Shown here in pieces: positions 29,905 through 40,186 of a stretch of 64,000 bases of DNA. The stretch is from a virus, in the IMG/VR virus record IMGVR_UViG_3300025117_000032; one strand, written 5' to 3'. Every line of letters begins with the position of its first letter. Position 1 is the stretch's first letter. Both the position numbers and the translations under genes were made by a program. Below the pieces are notes generated by a model. The model had not been told where the DNA came from and ran no database searches. It saw only the letters and a list, made by a program, of their open reading frames with translations.

Positions 29905-30768
29905 TTATACCTTACCTTTCTTCTCTAGTTTTCTCTTTACATCATATCTGATATCATATACAAGAGAAAATTTGCCATCTGTTGGGGAAGCTCCCCCAAC
30001 CCATCTGAATTTTATTATCCTGTCTACCCAACCATTTGCGGATTCCCCATTAGCCTTGTATGACAGAACAGATTTTGCCAATTCTTTAGCATAACCCATA
30101 ATGACATTCTCTCCAACTCCACGGCCAGAATGTAGTTTCCTGAAATTGTCTCTAGATATACACAACTCTGGATCAATACTAAGATATACAACTGTTGTTG
30201 TGTATCCCTCTTGTTTTGCTTTCTTGAATCTTTCTGCTGCTTTCTTTACGTTTGTTCCTGTTGTGTCAATGATCAGTATATTTCCAGCCTTAACTATCTT
30301 TAAGTCAAACAAATCTTTTTCCATTTTGATTGCTAATTCTCTGATATCAAAATAAACAGAATAGTATGGTTTGAAAAATGTCTTGACAAAGGTGTTAAGT
30401 CCACTGTCTTTGTTTTCTTTCCACCAAGCCCAAGTTATCGGTAGTGCAATTGAACTCTTTGTGTATGGGTTATCATATCTTGTTGAGCGTGTGAATTCAT
30501 CAAAATCATTTTGTGTCTTTACGTTTTTTTCAATGTAATCATAGTGTTCTTTTGCTTTTTGATATTGAAGTGCCTTTACTTGTGCATCACTATTGCTAAC
30601 ACTGTATGATTTAAACCCAGCAATATATTTACCCAAAATTCCACTACTGATAAGACTACTCTTTCCAGAAGCCGGAAGTCCCATCAACATTACACATTGC
30701 TTTCCCATGTCTGATTTGAATTCAAGCAAGCACTCTTTGATCAAATTTTTCAATTCAGTATGTTTCAT
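29905..30768 (-). CDS. P-loop kinase (AAA_33/zeta-toxin-like) with KSELK-type leader
   Basis: MKHTELKNLIKECLLE; GLPASGKS, IIDTT, GY..VVYL, R...R. Confidence 0.75.
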   Translation of the reverse strand: MKHTELKNLIKECLLEFKSDMGKQCVMLMGLPASGKSSLISSGILGKYIAGFKSYSVSNSDAQVKALQYQKAKEHYDYIEKNVKTQNDFDEFTRSTRYDNPYTKSSIALPITWAWWKENKDSGLNTFVKTFFKPYYSVYFDIRELAIKMEKDLFDLKIVKAGNILIIDTTGTNVKKAAERFKKAKQEGYTTTVVYLSIDPELCISRDNFRKLHSGRGVGENVIMGYAKELAKSVLSYKANGESANGWVDRIIKFRWVGGASPTDGKFSLVYDIRYDVKRKLEKKGKV

Positions 30769-30966
30769 TTTTTCTTTCCAGCTTTGGCAGCAGCTTCAAC
30801 TGCCTTTTTTATGTTCTCTATCTCATTGACGGTTCTATCTATGAACCACTTTCTCTGGTAAACAGGTAACAACCTAGCATCCGACAAACTAAACTTGCCG
30901 TGAAAAACTAGCTGGAACAACTCTTCCAAGAGATACTTTTTATCATCAACTGTCAGGCCAAAAAAA
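30765..30966 (-). CDS. tail/baseplate assembly chaperone C-terminal extension (probable frameshift product)
   Basis: FFGLT...LEELFQLVFHG.FS.....LPV.QRKWF overlapping end of 30946..31749. Confidence 0.6.
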
Positions 30967-31749
30967 GTTTTCCCGTAGGGGGATAACCTCCTTGGTTTCG
31001 TTTCCACAGAAGGTGCAAGTGGAATCCTGGACCATCATGATTCCAGGTTCAATTGAGTTAGCATACTTTCTGAATGCCTTGGTATCCTTGACAGGCATGG
31101 TGCTAACAAAACTTGTGATGGTTGCCAAATCGTTGTTACCATCAACCTCCTTGATCATAGCTTTTATCTTCAAGGATTCTGTTTGGTCAACATTTCCCCC
31201 AACCTTCTTCTTGATATCCTCAACCTTCTTAACAATCTCTGATTCATCTCTTGCTGTCAAGAGTCTAAATCTAATCTTCTTGTTTGTCTGGGGAAGGGTC
31301 ATAGAAAACAAACCATCACTATCTGGGTCTTCTGCTAACTCTCTTACTTCCAACTTTGACAAGTCGAATTCCTTTTCGTACCTCTCTCCGCATTGCGAAC
31401 ACAACACTTGAACAGGATACTCCGCACCATATCCGGTTGACCTTAACCAAATGATGATTGCGTTTCTATCCCCAAGCAAAAAATCACCTGGGTCAATTGT
31501 CTTGTTCTTGAGGACACTCCTGATAAGAACATCAAGCATCTTTCCACTTTGTAGCAAGTTTGGTGAAGTCAAAATGTCTTCTTCCCTTGCTGTCAAATAA
31601 TGAACCTCAACACTACTCTTGCCAACCAATGTTCCGGTCTTGTATAGCAACCCCTTTGATGGTAATTCAATCACATCGAAAGGTATGTCAAAGACACTTG
31701 AGGAACCACCCTTTGGTTTTATTTCGCCGGGTTTCATAACGTCATCCAT
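30946..31749 (-). CDS. baseplate hub assembly / tail chaperone (gp26-like)
   Basis: LPSKG.LY, TAREEDIL, LL.GDR.AI...LR..GYG, two CxxC, FFWP end. Confidence 0.75.
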   Translation of the reverse strand: MDDVMKPGEIKPKGGSSSVFDIPFDVIELPSKGLLYKTGTLVGKSSVEVHYLTAREEDILTSPNLLQSGKMLDVLIRSVLKNKTIDPGDFLLGDRNAIIIWLRSTGYGAEYPVQVLCSQCGERYEKEFDLSKLEVRELAEDPDSDGLFSMTLPQTNKKIRFRLLTARDESEIVKKVEDIKKKVGGNVDQTESLKIKAMIKEVDGNNDLATITSFVSTMPVKDTKAFRKYANSIEPGIMMVQDSTCTFCGNETKEVIPLRENFFWPDS

Positions 31750-31764
31750 GTAACTCTCCTTTGG

Positions 31765-32124
31765 TTATTTCTTTTTCTTTTCTTGATACTTTTTTTCTAA
31801 ACCTGGGTTTGTGAATGCTGCTTCGTTTGTTTCCTCGCTCTTTTCATTGAATCTGCTTGTCAACGATTTGAAGTCAAAATCCGATATGACATAAAACGTA
31901 AAGTCACCATACATCTTGAACTCATGCACAAACTTTCCACCCATGACACGCTTTCTGCCAACATTGGTTATGAACTTACTCTTCTTTGACATCATCTGTA
32001 TGATCCTGTCAAACATGACCCAAGCCTTCAACGGAGCTTTCTTAGACTTAGCTTGTTCTGGACCCTCTTTGACAAGTTCCTTCTTACACTCAATAACTAT
32101 TTTCTTCAACTCTGATTTCTTCAT
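31765..32124 (-). CDS. hypothetical protein with KSELK leader
   Basis: MKKSELKKIVIECKKE. Confidence 0.7.
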   Translation of the reverse strand: MKKSELKKIVIECKKELVKEGPEQAKSKKAPLKAWVMFDRIIQMMSKKSKFITNVGRKRVMGGKFVHEFKMYGDFTFYVISDFDFKSLTSRFNEKSEETNEAAFTNPGLEKKYQEKKKK

Positions 32125-32142
32125 TGGTTTCCCTCTCTAGCG

Positions 32143-32466
32143 TTATTTATCGACAACTTTCACAACCTTTTTCCCAAACTGTTTCTTGTTTGTTGGTTTC
32201 TTGGTTGGCTTTCCTCTTTGCTTGTTTAAATAGTCGAGTTGTTCTTGACCACTCATAGGAACCAATCTCCCATTGATTGATTTGAACAAAGCTCTTCCAC
32301 CCTTTCCATAATTCTTGCCACCAAGGAACTCAAGTCCCTTTTGCTTGATAACATCTTTTTTGTCGTACTCATTCAAGCATTCTCGAATGATCTTTTTCAA
32401 TTCAGACTTTTTCATTGCTCTCTCTTGTTTAAATTGTGGGGCATATCCATAAGTTCCTTCACTCAA
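32143..32466 (-). CDS. hypothetical protein with KSELK leader (alternative ATG 32415)
   Basis: internal MKKSELKKIIRECLNE. Confidence 0.65.
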   Translation of the reverse strand: MSEGTYGYAPQFKQERAMKKSELKKIIRECLNEYDKKDVIKQKGLEFLGGKNYGKGGRALFKSINGRLVPMSGQEQLDYLNKQRGKPTKKPTNKKQFGKKVVKVVDK

Positions 32467-33236
32467 TAAATATCACTTGATTCCAGGATATGCTGGATGC
32501 CCTTGCTTTTTATATCACTTTCCCAAATCACCAAAAGTCTATATCCATGATCTATTGCACATTTTGTCTTTCTTTCATCTCTTTCAACCTTTATCACTTG
32601 TATTTTATCTCTTGGTTCTTTATAAACACTTGGGTTACAATGCCAATAATCACCATTTACTTCTATCAATGTATTTTTGTTTGGGATGTATATGTCATAC
32701 AAAAAATTTTCCACTCTAAATTGAGTTTCTATTTTTATTCCAGCTTCAATCAAATGCACACAAACATCGGTTTCTAGTTTTGAAACCTTATAGCCATTGG
32801 TTTTCATTTTTTCGATTCTTTTACAACCCATTATTCTCTTTGATTCTTTAGTGTGCCTGCATCTTTTACCCTCCGCTCCAAACCCAACATTTCTCCCCTT
32901 CAATTTTTCAGATATTTTCTTTCTACTTTCTAGGTTTTTCATTGGGTTGTTTTCAATCAACCAATCAGAAACAAATTTACCTTGATCTTTATGTTTTTGG
33001 GGGCAGAAGTTTGAACAATATTTTTTGGGGGACATTTTGTAGGTTTCAAAAGCAATCCCACATTTACAAATTCGGTTCTCTTTACTGTTGGACTTTCTCC
33101 AAGTATACATGCAGGGTTTGGAACAAAACCTTTGGTTCCTGTATTGCCAGGATTTTGGTGTAAATGGTTGCCCGCAATATTCACAAACTTTTTCATATGG
33201 TATTTTTGCTAACCCATAGCTTCCATCTCTTGACAT
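32463..33236 (-). CDS. DUF559/Vsr-like putative homing endonuclease
   Basis: CEYCG..F...FCSK.C repeats; SKLE; YDIY...IEVNGDYWHCNP...GY.LLVIWE. Confidence 0.8.
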   Translation of the reverse strand: MSRDGSYGLAKIPYEKVCEYCGQPFTPKSWQYRNQRFCSKPCMYTWRKSNSKENRICKCGIAFETYKMSPKKYCSNFCPQKHKDQGKFVSDWLIENNPMKNLESRKKISEKLKGRNVGFGAEGKRCRHTKESKRIMGCKRIEKMKTNGYKVSKLETDVCVHLIEAGIKIETQFRVENFLYDIYIPNKNTLIEVNGDYWHCNPSVYKEPRDKIQVIKVERDERKTKCAIDHGYRLLVIWESDIKSKGIQHILESSDIY

Positions 33237-33326
33237 AAAAACTCTCCTTGCTTAATAATAAATATCAAACAAGGAGAGAAAAAACTTTATTTTTTTATCA
33301 ATTGCTCCAACTTAGTTTGTAATCAA

Positions 33327-35594
33327 TTATGATTCACTAAATTCGGCACCTGAGGCCAAAATATTGAAATTGACCAAGATAGCTTCTGCTGTCTTGGTTG
33401 GCTTCACATAAATTTGCCCAACCATTTGATTTCTGTCAATCATGTCTGGGGTATTGGTTGTCTCATCCATGATAACACGGAAGTCATACAATCCCCTGTT
33501 GATCTTCACAATATCCATGATTGGTTGGACCATGCCCTTGAAACGATTCCAAGTATTCACATCATTCTGTTCGAACACAAGATACTTGCTTGCGCCAGCG
33601 ATAACTTTTTCAATGTAAAGCATCATCCTACGAACATTGATTCTATCCAATGCCGTTGGTCTGGTTTGCAAGGTCTTTTGTCCCCAAATTGTGATACCTT
33701 GTCCTGGGAAGGTAGCGATAGGGTTGATCTTTGCGTTATACAAGGTCTCCCTGTCTGCTGCCGTCAATCTGTATTGTGCCCTGATAACGTCTGTCAACAG
33801 ACCACGATTCATACCGGCAGGGGCATACCATGGGAATGCAGCACTATCCGTATAGGCCAAAGCTTCCAAAGCCTGTGGTGTAGGTGGAATGTACACATCT
33901 TGCGAATTGTCGCTATCATAGATTTTGACATAAGGCCAGTAGGTACAAGCATAGCTGCTATCCGGCAAGGTTACTGCCGCAGCTTGAGAGGAAGAAGTCT
34001 TTCCAGAAGGCATATCTCCAATGTACAAACAGTCTGCCCTTTCTTCTGCAAGCTCTTGAGCATAGGTTCCGATTGAACAAGTAAGATCTACACCAGGAAC
34101 AGCCAATAGATTTATATCATACTCTTCTGGATTACGAAGGGTATCCAAGGCGGCATCCCATTGTGTGATTTGTGAAGCGGTTGGATCGTTTGTCAATAGA
34201 TCCCTAGTTGCGGCACTATACACCCAGCCATCTCTACCACCAAAAACAGGCACCAAGAACTTAGCGTGTGTTGTGGCATAAGAAGTTATGGCAGATGGAC
34301 CAGTAGCATACAATGTAGTATTAGCTCCACTGTTTAGGTGGAAACCTTTCCTTGCCTGCCCACCCAAATCTTTATCCCAGGCACTACCATTTCCAATCAT
34401 AAGAAGATCTGGGTCTGTGTTTACATAATCTAATCCAAGGTACTGTCTGCTAATTGAGGTTGTGGTTGCATAAGCAGTTGTGCAAGAATACTGTGGAAAT
34501 ACGGCGCTCCCAGCAAAACTAGCAAAAGTTGTCGCAGATGGAATAGTTGTACCATTCCAACCGTAGGGTACTAACCCTGTGTGATCCCCACTTTCCGCTT
34601 CAATATAGATGTAACCAGAAACCAATTTGAAGTTTCCTGTTTCATCTCTGCTGTCTCCAATTTGTTTCAAGATGTAATCATCGCTAGTTGGATCCATGGT
34701 ACACTTAGCAAACCTCTCCAATACAATTTGACTTGCATTGGTATCAGCATAATCTCTAACCACAATATCAAAGGTTGTGTTAGCAGTATTGATGTTCTCT
34801 ATCCCAATTTTGATTATAGAGTTTGCATCAATACCATCACTGATTGTATGAACAGTAAACAACCCTGTTCCAGCGTTTGTTGTATCCGGTACGTTCGCAA
34901 CAATCAATGGTGAACTTGCTTTACTGTATCCTGTAATATTCAAAGCCGTATCAGAAATTTGAACAGAGGCACCTGTCCACGCTGAATAAGTTGGCATCGC
35001 TGCTGTGGATCCTGTCAAGGTTAATCCTCTAGCAATTGTCAATGGGAAAATATGTTGCAAAGCCATAGCATTTGCGCTGGCAGCAACAGTTGTTCCTCTT
35101 GGGAATAGGGTTCCAATGTAGTCGGCAGCATTTGTATCATACAGGTTAACGCTTCCAGTATAAATTGTGTCTGCTGTCATTCTGAAACTTTGAATTGAAG
35201 TCTTTCCACTCTCAATCTTCACAGTGTTTGCAACAGTCAGACCATCACATAGTAGGGTAGCTGCAACAAGCTTTTCCGAAGTTCCTTGGACAACAAATGT
35301 CAATAGCTCTGTCCCAGATGGTCTAAGCGCATCATTACCAAGCACCCTAACCACATAGGCAGAGTTAGCATACTTGAAATAACTCTTTGCCGCATATCCA
35401 ACAAGTTTGTTTGGATCCATGTTGCCAAATTTTTCTCTAAACTCACTCATATTTTTAACTAGGGTTGGCAAAAATGCTGGACCCTTCTTGGTTTCTCCAA
35501 CCAATGCCAGTGATGAGTTTCCCACACTAGAAACGTAGTATGAGAAATCTCTCTCCCTAACGTAGACCCCCGGCGAAACGAATACCTCACTCAT
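33327..35594 (-). CDS. contractile tail sheath protein (gp18-like)
   Basis: SPGVYVRERD, KGPAF.P, PWYAPAG..RG, INPI..F, WGQKTL, LDRINVRR, FEQND. Confidence 0.96.
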   Translation of the reverse strand: MSEVFVSPGVYVRERDFSYYVSSVGNSSLALVGETKKGPAFLPTLVKNMSEFREKFGNMDPNKLVGYAAKSYFKYANSAYVVRVLGNDALRPSGTELLTFVVQGTSEKLVAATLLCDGLTVANTVKIESGKTSIQSFRMTADTIYTGSVNLYDTNAADYIGTLFPRGTTVAASANAMALQHIFPLTIARGLTLTGSTAAMPTYSAWTGASVQISDTALNITGYSKASSPLIVANVPDTTNAGTGLFTVHTISDGIDANSIIKIGIENINTANTTFDIVVRDYADTNASQIVLERFAKCTMDPTSDDYILKQIGDSRDETGNFKLVSGYIYIEAESGDHTGLVPYGWNGTTIPSATTFASFAGSAVFPQYSCTTAYATTTSISRQYLGLDYVNTDPDLLMIGNGSAWDKDLGGQARKGFHLNSGANTTLYATGPSAITSYATTHAKFLVPVFGGRDGWVYSAATRDLLTNDPTASQITQWDAALDTLRNPEEYDINLLAVPGVDLTCSIGTYAQELAEERADCLYIGDMPSGKTSSSQAAAVTLPDSSYACTYWPYVKIYDSDNSQDVYIPPTPQALEALAYTDSAAFPWYAPAGMNRGLLTDVIRAQYRLTAADRETLYNAKINPIATFPGQGITIWGQKTLQTRPTALDRINVRRMMLYIEKVIAGASKYLVFEQNDVNTWNRFKGMVQPIMDIVKINRGLYDFRVIMDETTNTPDMIDRNQMVGQIYVKPTKTAEAILVNFNILASGAEFSES

Positions 35595-35611
35595 GATTTA
35601 CCTCTCTTTTA

Positions 35612-36337
35612 TTAGACATCTTCTCTGATATCAACCAAAATGTTACTGATTCCAATCTTCTCTTCGAATTCTTTTTCGTCGATCAGATAACCCTTTACCT
35701 TTATCGAATACAACGTATGTATAACCCTTTCTTCTTGTATGTCCTCTGCATTTGACTCATCCGAGATGCTTTCAATTGTCATGGGCATATAATGCTTGTC
35801 AATATCTAAATATGCTTGGAGACTTGCGAAATGCCTTAGTAGGATTTCATTAATCGTATTTATGTCCTTTATGTAATGGGTTAATATCCTCACTTGATAC
35901 TCCAAGTCAACCCTTATTGGTGCCGGAACCTTGTATAGCTTATAGGTTGGTCCTGCTGGGGTGTAAAAGGGAACCCTGTATGTTGTATATTTCATGTTTG
36001 GTATCCTAGCCTTGATTGGATCTTGCCCAGGGTTGGTGTTGGATCTTCGCATGGTTATGTATGGATAGGTAACATTTCTGTCGTTATCCATTGCCTTCCA
36101 ACGCTTCACAAACTCTGCCCATTTTTCTGTTGTCAGAACGTGAACAGGAATTTTAACCCCATCTATTTCCAGGTCATTTGTGGTGAACCAAGAATAAACT
36201 GATTTATCAATATCTTCTAAAGATATGCTTCTAGGAAAGAAAGTCTTTTGATCTTTCAATGGATTCTTTTGCATCCACTCCTTTTCCTCTATTTGAGATA
36301 GCTGCTTACCACTTGGGATTCTCTTATCGTAGGTCAT
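35612..36337 (-). CDS. tail completion/terminator protein (gp15-like)
   Basis: LEDID, IPV....EKW, P.ITMRR; between neck and sheath. Confidence 0.6.
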   Translation of the reverse strand: MTYDKRIPSGKQLSQIEEKEWMQKNPLKDQKTFFPRSISLEDIDKSVYSWFTTNDLEIDGVKIPVHVLTTEKWAEFVKRWKAMDNDRNVTYPYITMRRSNTNPGQDPIKARIPNMKYTTYRVPFYTPAGPTYKLYKVPAPIRVDLEYQVRILTHYIKDINTINEILLRHFASLQAYLDIDKHYMPMTIESISDESNAEDIQEERVIHTLYSIKVKGYLIDEKEFEEKIGISNILVDIREDV

Positions 36338-36828
36338 TCCTGGTATCCTTGTTCTGTTGCCGATCCAGCAAATATGTCTTCCAAGACAACCTTAGCTAAA
36401 ATCTCTTGGAAATAGTTCCTATCACCTGCAAATTTTCTTCTCATATTATCCTTGTTTGGACTGTTATCATATACCTCATACACCTTACCCTGAAACCCTA
36501 TGAAATTTCCCACAGAAATCGCCACGTTCAATTCAGACAAGTGTTGCAAGTACACCCAAGCCTGCATATCCCCCTTGCCCATTCTTCTTGCCCCACCCTC
36601 TTCAACAACGTCAGAATCAGTTATGGATATCCTAGCCTTGACATCAACTGCTGGTAGCCAAACCTTACGCTTCGCCTCCCCATAGAAGTTTGTTTCTGTA
36701 TTGTTTGGGTCTGGTCTATACAGAGTAAAATGCTGGGTGATAAGAGTTTCAACCAACTCCCTACCAAGATTGTTGAATAGAGTATTTTCAGCTTCACCAA
36801 ACCACAATGACATTCCTGAATAAGCCAC
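36334..36828 (-). CDS. neck/head-closure protein (gp14-like)
   Basis: T.TNFYGEA..K...P; HL.EL...I.VGNFI...YEV; synteny. Confidence 0.6.
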   Translation of the reverse strand: MAYSGMSLWFGEAENTLFNNLGRELVETLITQHFTLYRPDPNNTETNFYGEAKRKVWLPAVDVKARISITDSDVVEEGGARRMGKGDMQAWVYLQHLSELNVAISVGNFIGFQGKVYEVYDNSPNKDNMRRKFAGDRNYFQEILAKVVLEDIFAGSATEQGYQE

Positions 36829-36834
36829 TAAAAT

Positions 36835-37125
36835 TTACCCCTTGTGTTTATTATCTGCCCTGTTTGAGCTTCTACTTCTAACCCTCAAGTTCGACTTGGA
36901 GTTTGAACCACCACTCTTAATCTTTCTCTTGTGGTCAACATCTTTACCGTCACCTTTGCTAACCCTACCATCTGCCTCAAGAGTTCTTCTTGCTGCATTC
37001 CTTTGGGCACGATTTTTCTTCTGTTTACTAGACCCATGGTAATCGTTGTATTCCTTTTTGTAGTCCCTCTTTTTTTCTTCCATCAATATCTCTTTGATGA
37101 GGGCTTTCAGTTCACTTTTGTTCAC
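36835..37125 (-). CDS. small HNH-like protein with KSELK leader
   Basis: GTG 37125 with AAGGAG RBS; VNKSELKALIKEILME; RDYKKEY...RNAARR...GDGKDVDH...N. Confidence 0.75.
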   Translation of the reverse strand: MNKSELKALIKEILMEEKKRDYKKEYNDYHGSSKQKKNRAQRNAARRTLEADGRVSKGDGKDVDHKRKIKSGGSNSKSNLRVRSRSSNRADNKHKG

Positions 37126-37139
37126 TATTTGTCTCCTTA

Positions 37140-38231
37140 TCAAAACAAATATATCTTGTTGGGCGTGAAGGCTAGGGTTTTGTTTATGTTCTCTGCTGCC
37201 ATAGCATCCTCTTCAAGTAGCTTCCTTGTACTTAGTTCCTGCAACTCATTAAGCAAGTATTCCTTAAGCTCTCTCTTTTCCTCTTGCCCTTCTGTTAACA
37301 ACCTTTCCCCGTCAAGGGTAACTTCCGCATCTGGTATAGGTAGGGTTGAAAACTTGTTCCTTATCCTACCAAGAATTTCCTTGCATGTGGCAAAGGCAAA
37401 CTGCTTGACCCATCTTTGTGAAGTTGAGTTGAAAGCACTATAGGGAATCTCATCAACCCGTATGGTTCCTGGGTTGTTCACATACTCCCCCGCACTTTGG
37501 GCAGAGTACAAATTCAGTTCATCAATCCTCTTGTAGAAATACCAGACATTTATTCCATCTTGTGACTCTTGGGGGATTGGATAAATGTGAACAACATTCC
37601 TTGTCTTACCTGTATATCCAGCCCTCGTTGCGTCTGCTTGTCCAGGGAATATCTTGTATGTATAGTCCCCCTTGTATATCTTCCATCTCATCTCTGTAGC
37701 TTGCGCTAACTGGATTGAGTAATACACCGGAACAATGTATTGATAAGAGTATCCCATGTACCCCCAACCAAACTCAAAGTTTACCCACGCTGGGTTGTTG
37801 TTTGGATCTGCTAGGTATCTCGTTATGGCTGCTGGCTCTTGCCACATGACTTCATTAATGTTTATGTCATCCGGTAAACCATACGCTTGCGTTCCATTCG
37901 ATAGGGTAAAGGCAGACTTGTATATCGGCACAGTTCCCCCAACATTTGCCTGTTCAGAATATGCTTCCGAGAATGACTTGGCAAACTCAAAATTCTTGGC
38001 AACCCATCTTTGGGTGAAGTCTGTTGCACTAGGTAAACCAAATGCTCCTGCAATATTGTTTCTGATTGCCCATTGGTTTATGTAGTTGCTGTACTCCTGA
38101 ATCGAATTGTTGAAAGCATGGGTGTACTGGTTTGCAGACAGTTCAACATTGACAACTGGCGCACCGAACATTGCTTCAACATAATCAGTGAATCCAGTTA
38201 CCTCTATACTTGTTGCACTATAGTTAGCCAA
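37140..38231 (-). CDS. neck protein (gp13-like)
   Basis: FGAPVVNVEL, WVKQF..A.CKEILG.IR.KF..LP. Confidence 0.85.
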   Translation of the reverse strand: MANYSATSIEVTGFTDYVEAMFGAPVVNVELSANQYTHAFNNSIQEYSNYINQWAIRNNIAGAFGLPSATDFTQRWVAKNFEFAKSFSEAYSEQANVGGTVPIYKSAFTLSNGTQAYGLPDDININEVMWQEPAAITRYLADPNNNPAWVNFEFGWGYMGYSYQYIVPVYYSIQLAQATEMRWKIYKGDYTYKIFPGQADATRAGYTGKTRNVVHIYPIPQESQDGINVWYFYKRIDELNLYSAQSAGEYVNNPGTIRVDEIPYSAFNSTSQRWVKQFAFATCKEILGRIRNKFSTLPIPDAEVTLDGERLLTEGQEEKRELKEYLLNELQELSTRKLLEEDAMAAENINKTLAFTPNKIYLF

Positions 38232-38242
38232 AGTATTTTCTC

Positions 38243-40123
38243 CTATCCATTTATCACTTCATAATCACTTGGGAAAGTGACTCTTATCAAACCATACTTT
38301 TTGTTATTCACAACTTTCTTTGCTGCCCTATTCATTATACCAAATTTCCAATCATACAAGGTGCTTGGATCGACAACTTTTGGTGTTGGTTGAAGGGCAA
38401 TGTATGGTGCATATATGTATCCGCAATCGTAATCATTATCCCCCAAATATCCAATGAGGCAAATATCATCTGGCAACATCGGATCTATGTAAAGATCATA
38501 TTTGCAATTCACCCTCCCAGCATAACTTATCATATAATCATCGTGTGGGTTATAATCCTTTGAGGTTGGCACAAAGTCAATGTTGTCTCTTAGAACACTC
38601 CCAACCTTTGCCGAGCAAACAATCCAATTAGCCTCGTGGTTGAAGTTTGCGCGACCTATCATAGCACTTATTTTGTTGGCTTCTATGAGCAAAGTTTGAT
38701 TCCATTCCTCTTGGGTTACTCTAGCACTTGAGGCTTCAACTGGAATAACAGTTCCATCAATCCTAGTTACGGCAGACCTTGGGCTATAGTGCCAACTGGT
38801 TTGATAAGGTGCAATGTTTATCAGGTCCGATATTACTTGTCTGTCTATCTCCAAAGCTATCTCTGTTGCCATGAGGTTAGCCACTTCATCAACCATAGAG
38901 ATACCAAAGAACGATTTCAAATTTTGGTCTAGCTCTTCTGTCCAACTTGCCTTGAGCTTTCTTGTGTTACAAGAGATTGAGGTTCCGGTTATGTTCAATT
39001 GGACTTGTTGCATTCCAGACACAGCTTCATTAGAAGCATATGTATTGTATCTTGTGTAGGCTGTCCGATTGCTTCCAGACAACCATGTTTCATCTGTTGT
39101 TGCTATTAAACTCAATCGGTTGTTTGCAAACAAATTTTGACCCCATGTTTGTGGAGATACGGCATATGGTAAAGCTTCATAACCTAACAATTCTAATTCA
39201 GTGACAAGAGTTCCAATTGCCCCACTGAAATTGAATCTAAAGTAAGTGTTCCCCGTTGATTCTGTTGCCAAGTTGTACCTGTATGTTGTGTTTGCAACAA
39301 GAGATAATCCAGAATGATAATCTAGTTGTGACCAAGATGTTGAGTCTGTTGAACCACACAACTCTATTAATGTTGGTGGCAAAGCTAAACTACTTTTAAG
39401 TGTGTATGATGTAATATTTGGGGTGAGAGAAGTAAATTGAAACTGACACCATCCAGTTTGGTTTGCCGTGCTTACAATAAGATAGTTGGTTCCCGCGTCC
39501 ACGTTATCATCGAATGTCATCCCAGTAAACAGACTTGTTGGGGAGGATGTTACAATTCCATTTCGTCCACTCAATCCAGTTTGGTCATACTCCAGGAACA
39601 CTTGAAGTGAAGAAAGACTACCCACCCCACCCGAATAGGGAACAGTAAAAGAAGCACCTGACAAATATTGTGCTGCCGTTATGGCAGTCATAGCCCCATT
39701 TACGGAAGTTGCCTCACCAAGAGAGATATCATAATTTGAATGACCGCTTCTTGCTTCAATTAAAGAAATGTAGGCAGAGCTTCCCTTTGCTGTTTCTATT
39801 TTTGGATCATAGTAAAACACCATAGCTGTTGGATACAGTATCGGTTGGATTGAAACAAGCTTCCTAGAAATTCCTGTTGGTATGATTCTCCTAACGATTG
39901 GCATCATTGGAAATTGCGATTGAGTTCCACCATCTAAATCTCCACCAAGATCGGTGGTTGAGTTTACTTCATTCAAAAATCTTCTTTGGTTTTCCAATAG
40001 GATTGCAGACTTGCTATCCACTCCTGGAAATACTTTGTTCCATTCTGCTTGGATATCTTTGGAAACCCCTCTTAGGCTAGACAGTTCTGCTTTATACTTC
40101 TCACTGATACTAACTTCGATCAT
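38243..40123 (-). CDS. second major-capsid-family (gp23-like) protein with inserted beta-sandwich domain
   Basis: LLENQ, P.VRR, TRKLKA.WT.EL.Q, EI..EIDR, GYIYAPYI; ~100-aa insertion. Confidence 0.88.
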   Translation of the reverse strand: MIEVSISEKYKAELSSLRGVSKDIQAEWNKVFPGVDSKSAILLENQRRFLNEVNSTTDLGGDLDGGTQSQFPMMPIVRRIIPTGISRKLVSIQPILYPTAMVFYYDPKIETAKGSSAYISLIEARSGHSNYDISLGEATSVNGAMTAITAAQYLSGASFTVPYSGGVGSLSSLQVFLEYDQTGLSGRNGIVTSSPTSLFTGMTFDDNVDAGTNYLIVSTANQTGWCQFQFTSLTPNITSYTLKSSLALPPTLIELCGSTDSTSWSQLDYHSGLSLVANTTYRYNLATESTGNTYFRFNFSGAIGTLVTELELLGYEALPYAVSPQTWGQNLFANNRLSLIATTDETWLSGSNRTAYTRYNTYASNEAVSGMQQVQLNITGTSISCNTRKLKASWTEELDQNLKSFFGISMVDEVANLMATEIALEIDRQVISDLINIAPYQTSWHYSPRSAVTRIDGTVIPVEASSARVTQEEWNQTLLIEANKISAMIGRANFNHEANWIVCSAKVGSVLRDNIDFVPTSKDYNPHDDYMISYAGRVNCKYDLYIDPMLPDDICLIGYLGDNDYDCGYIYAPYIALQPTPKVVDPSTLYDWKFGIMNRAAKKVVNNKKYGLIRVTFPSDYEVING

Positions 40124-40186
40124 GTAAACTCCTTAAGATTGTTCATTGTACATCTTTAAATATTACAAGCAGGATACAAAAATTAA

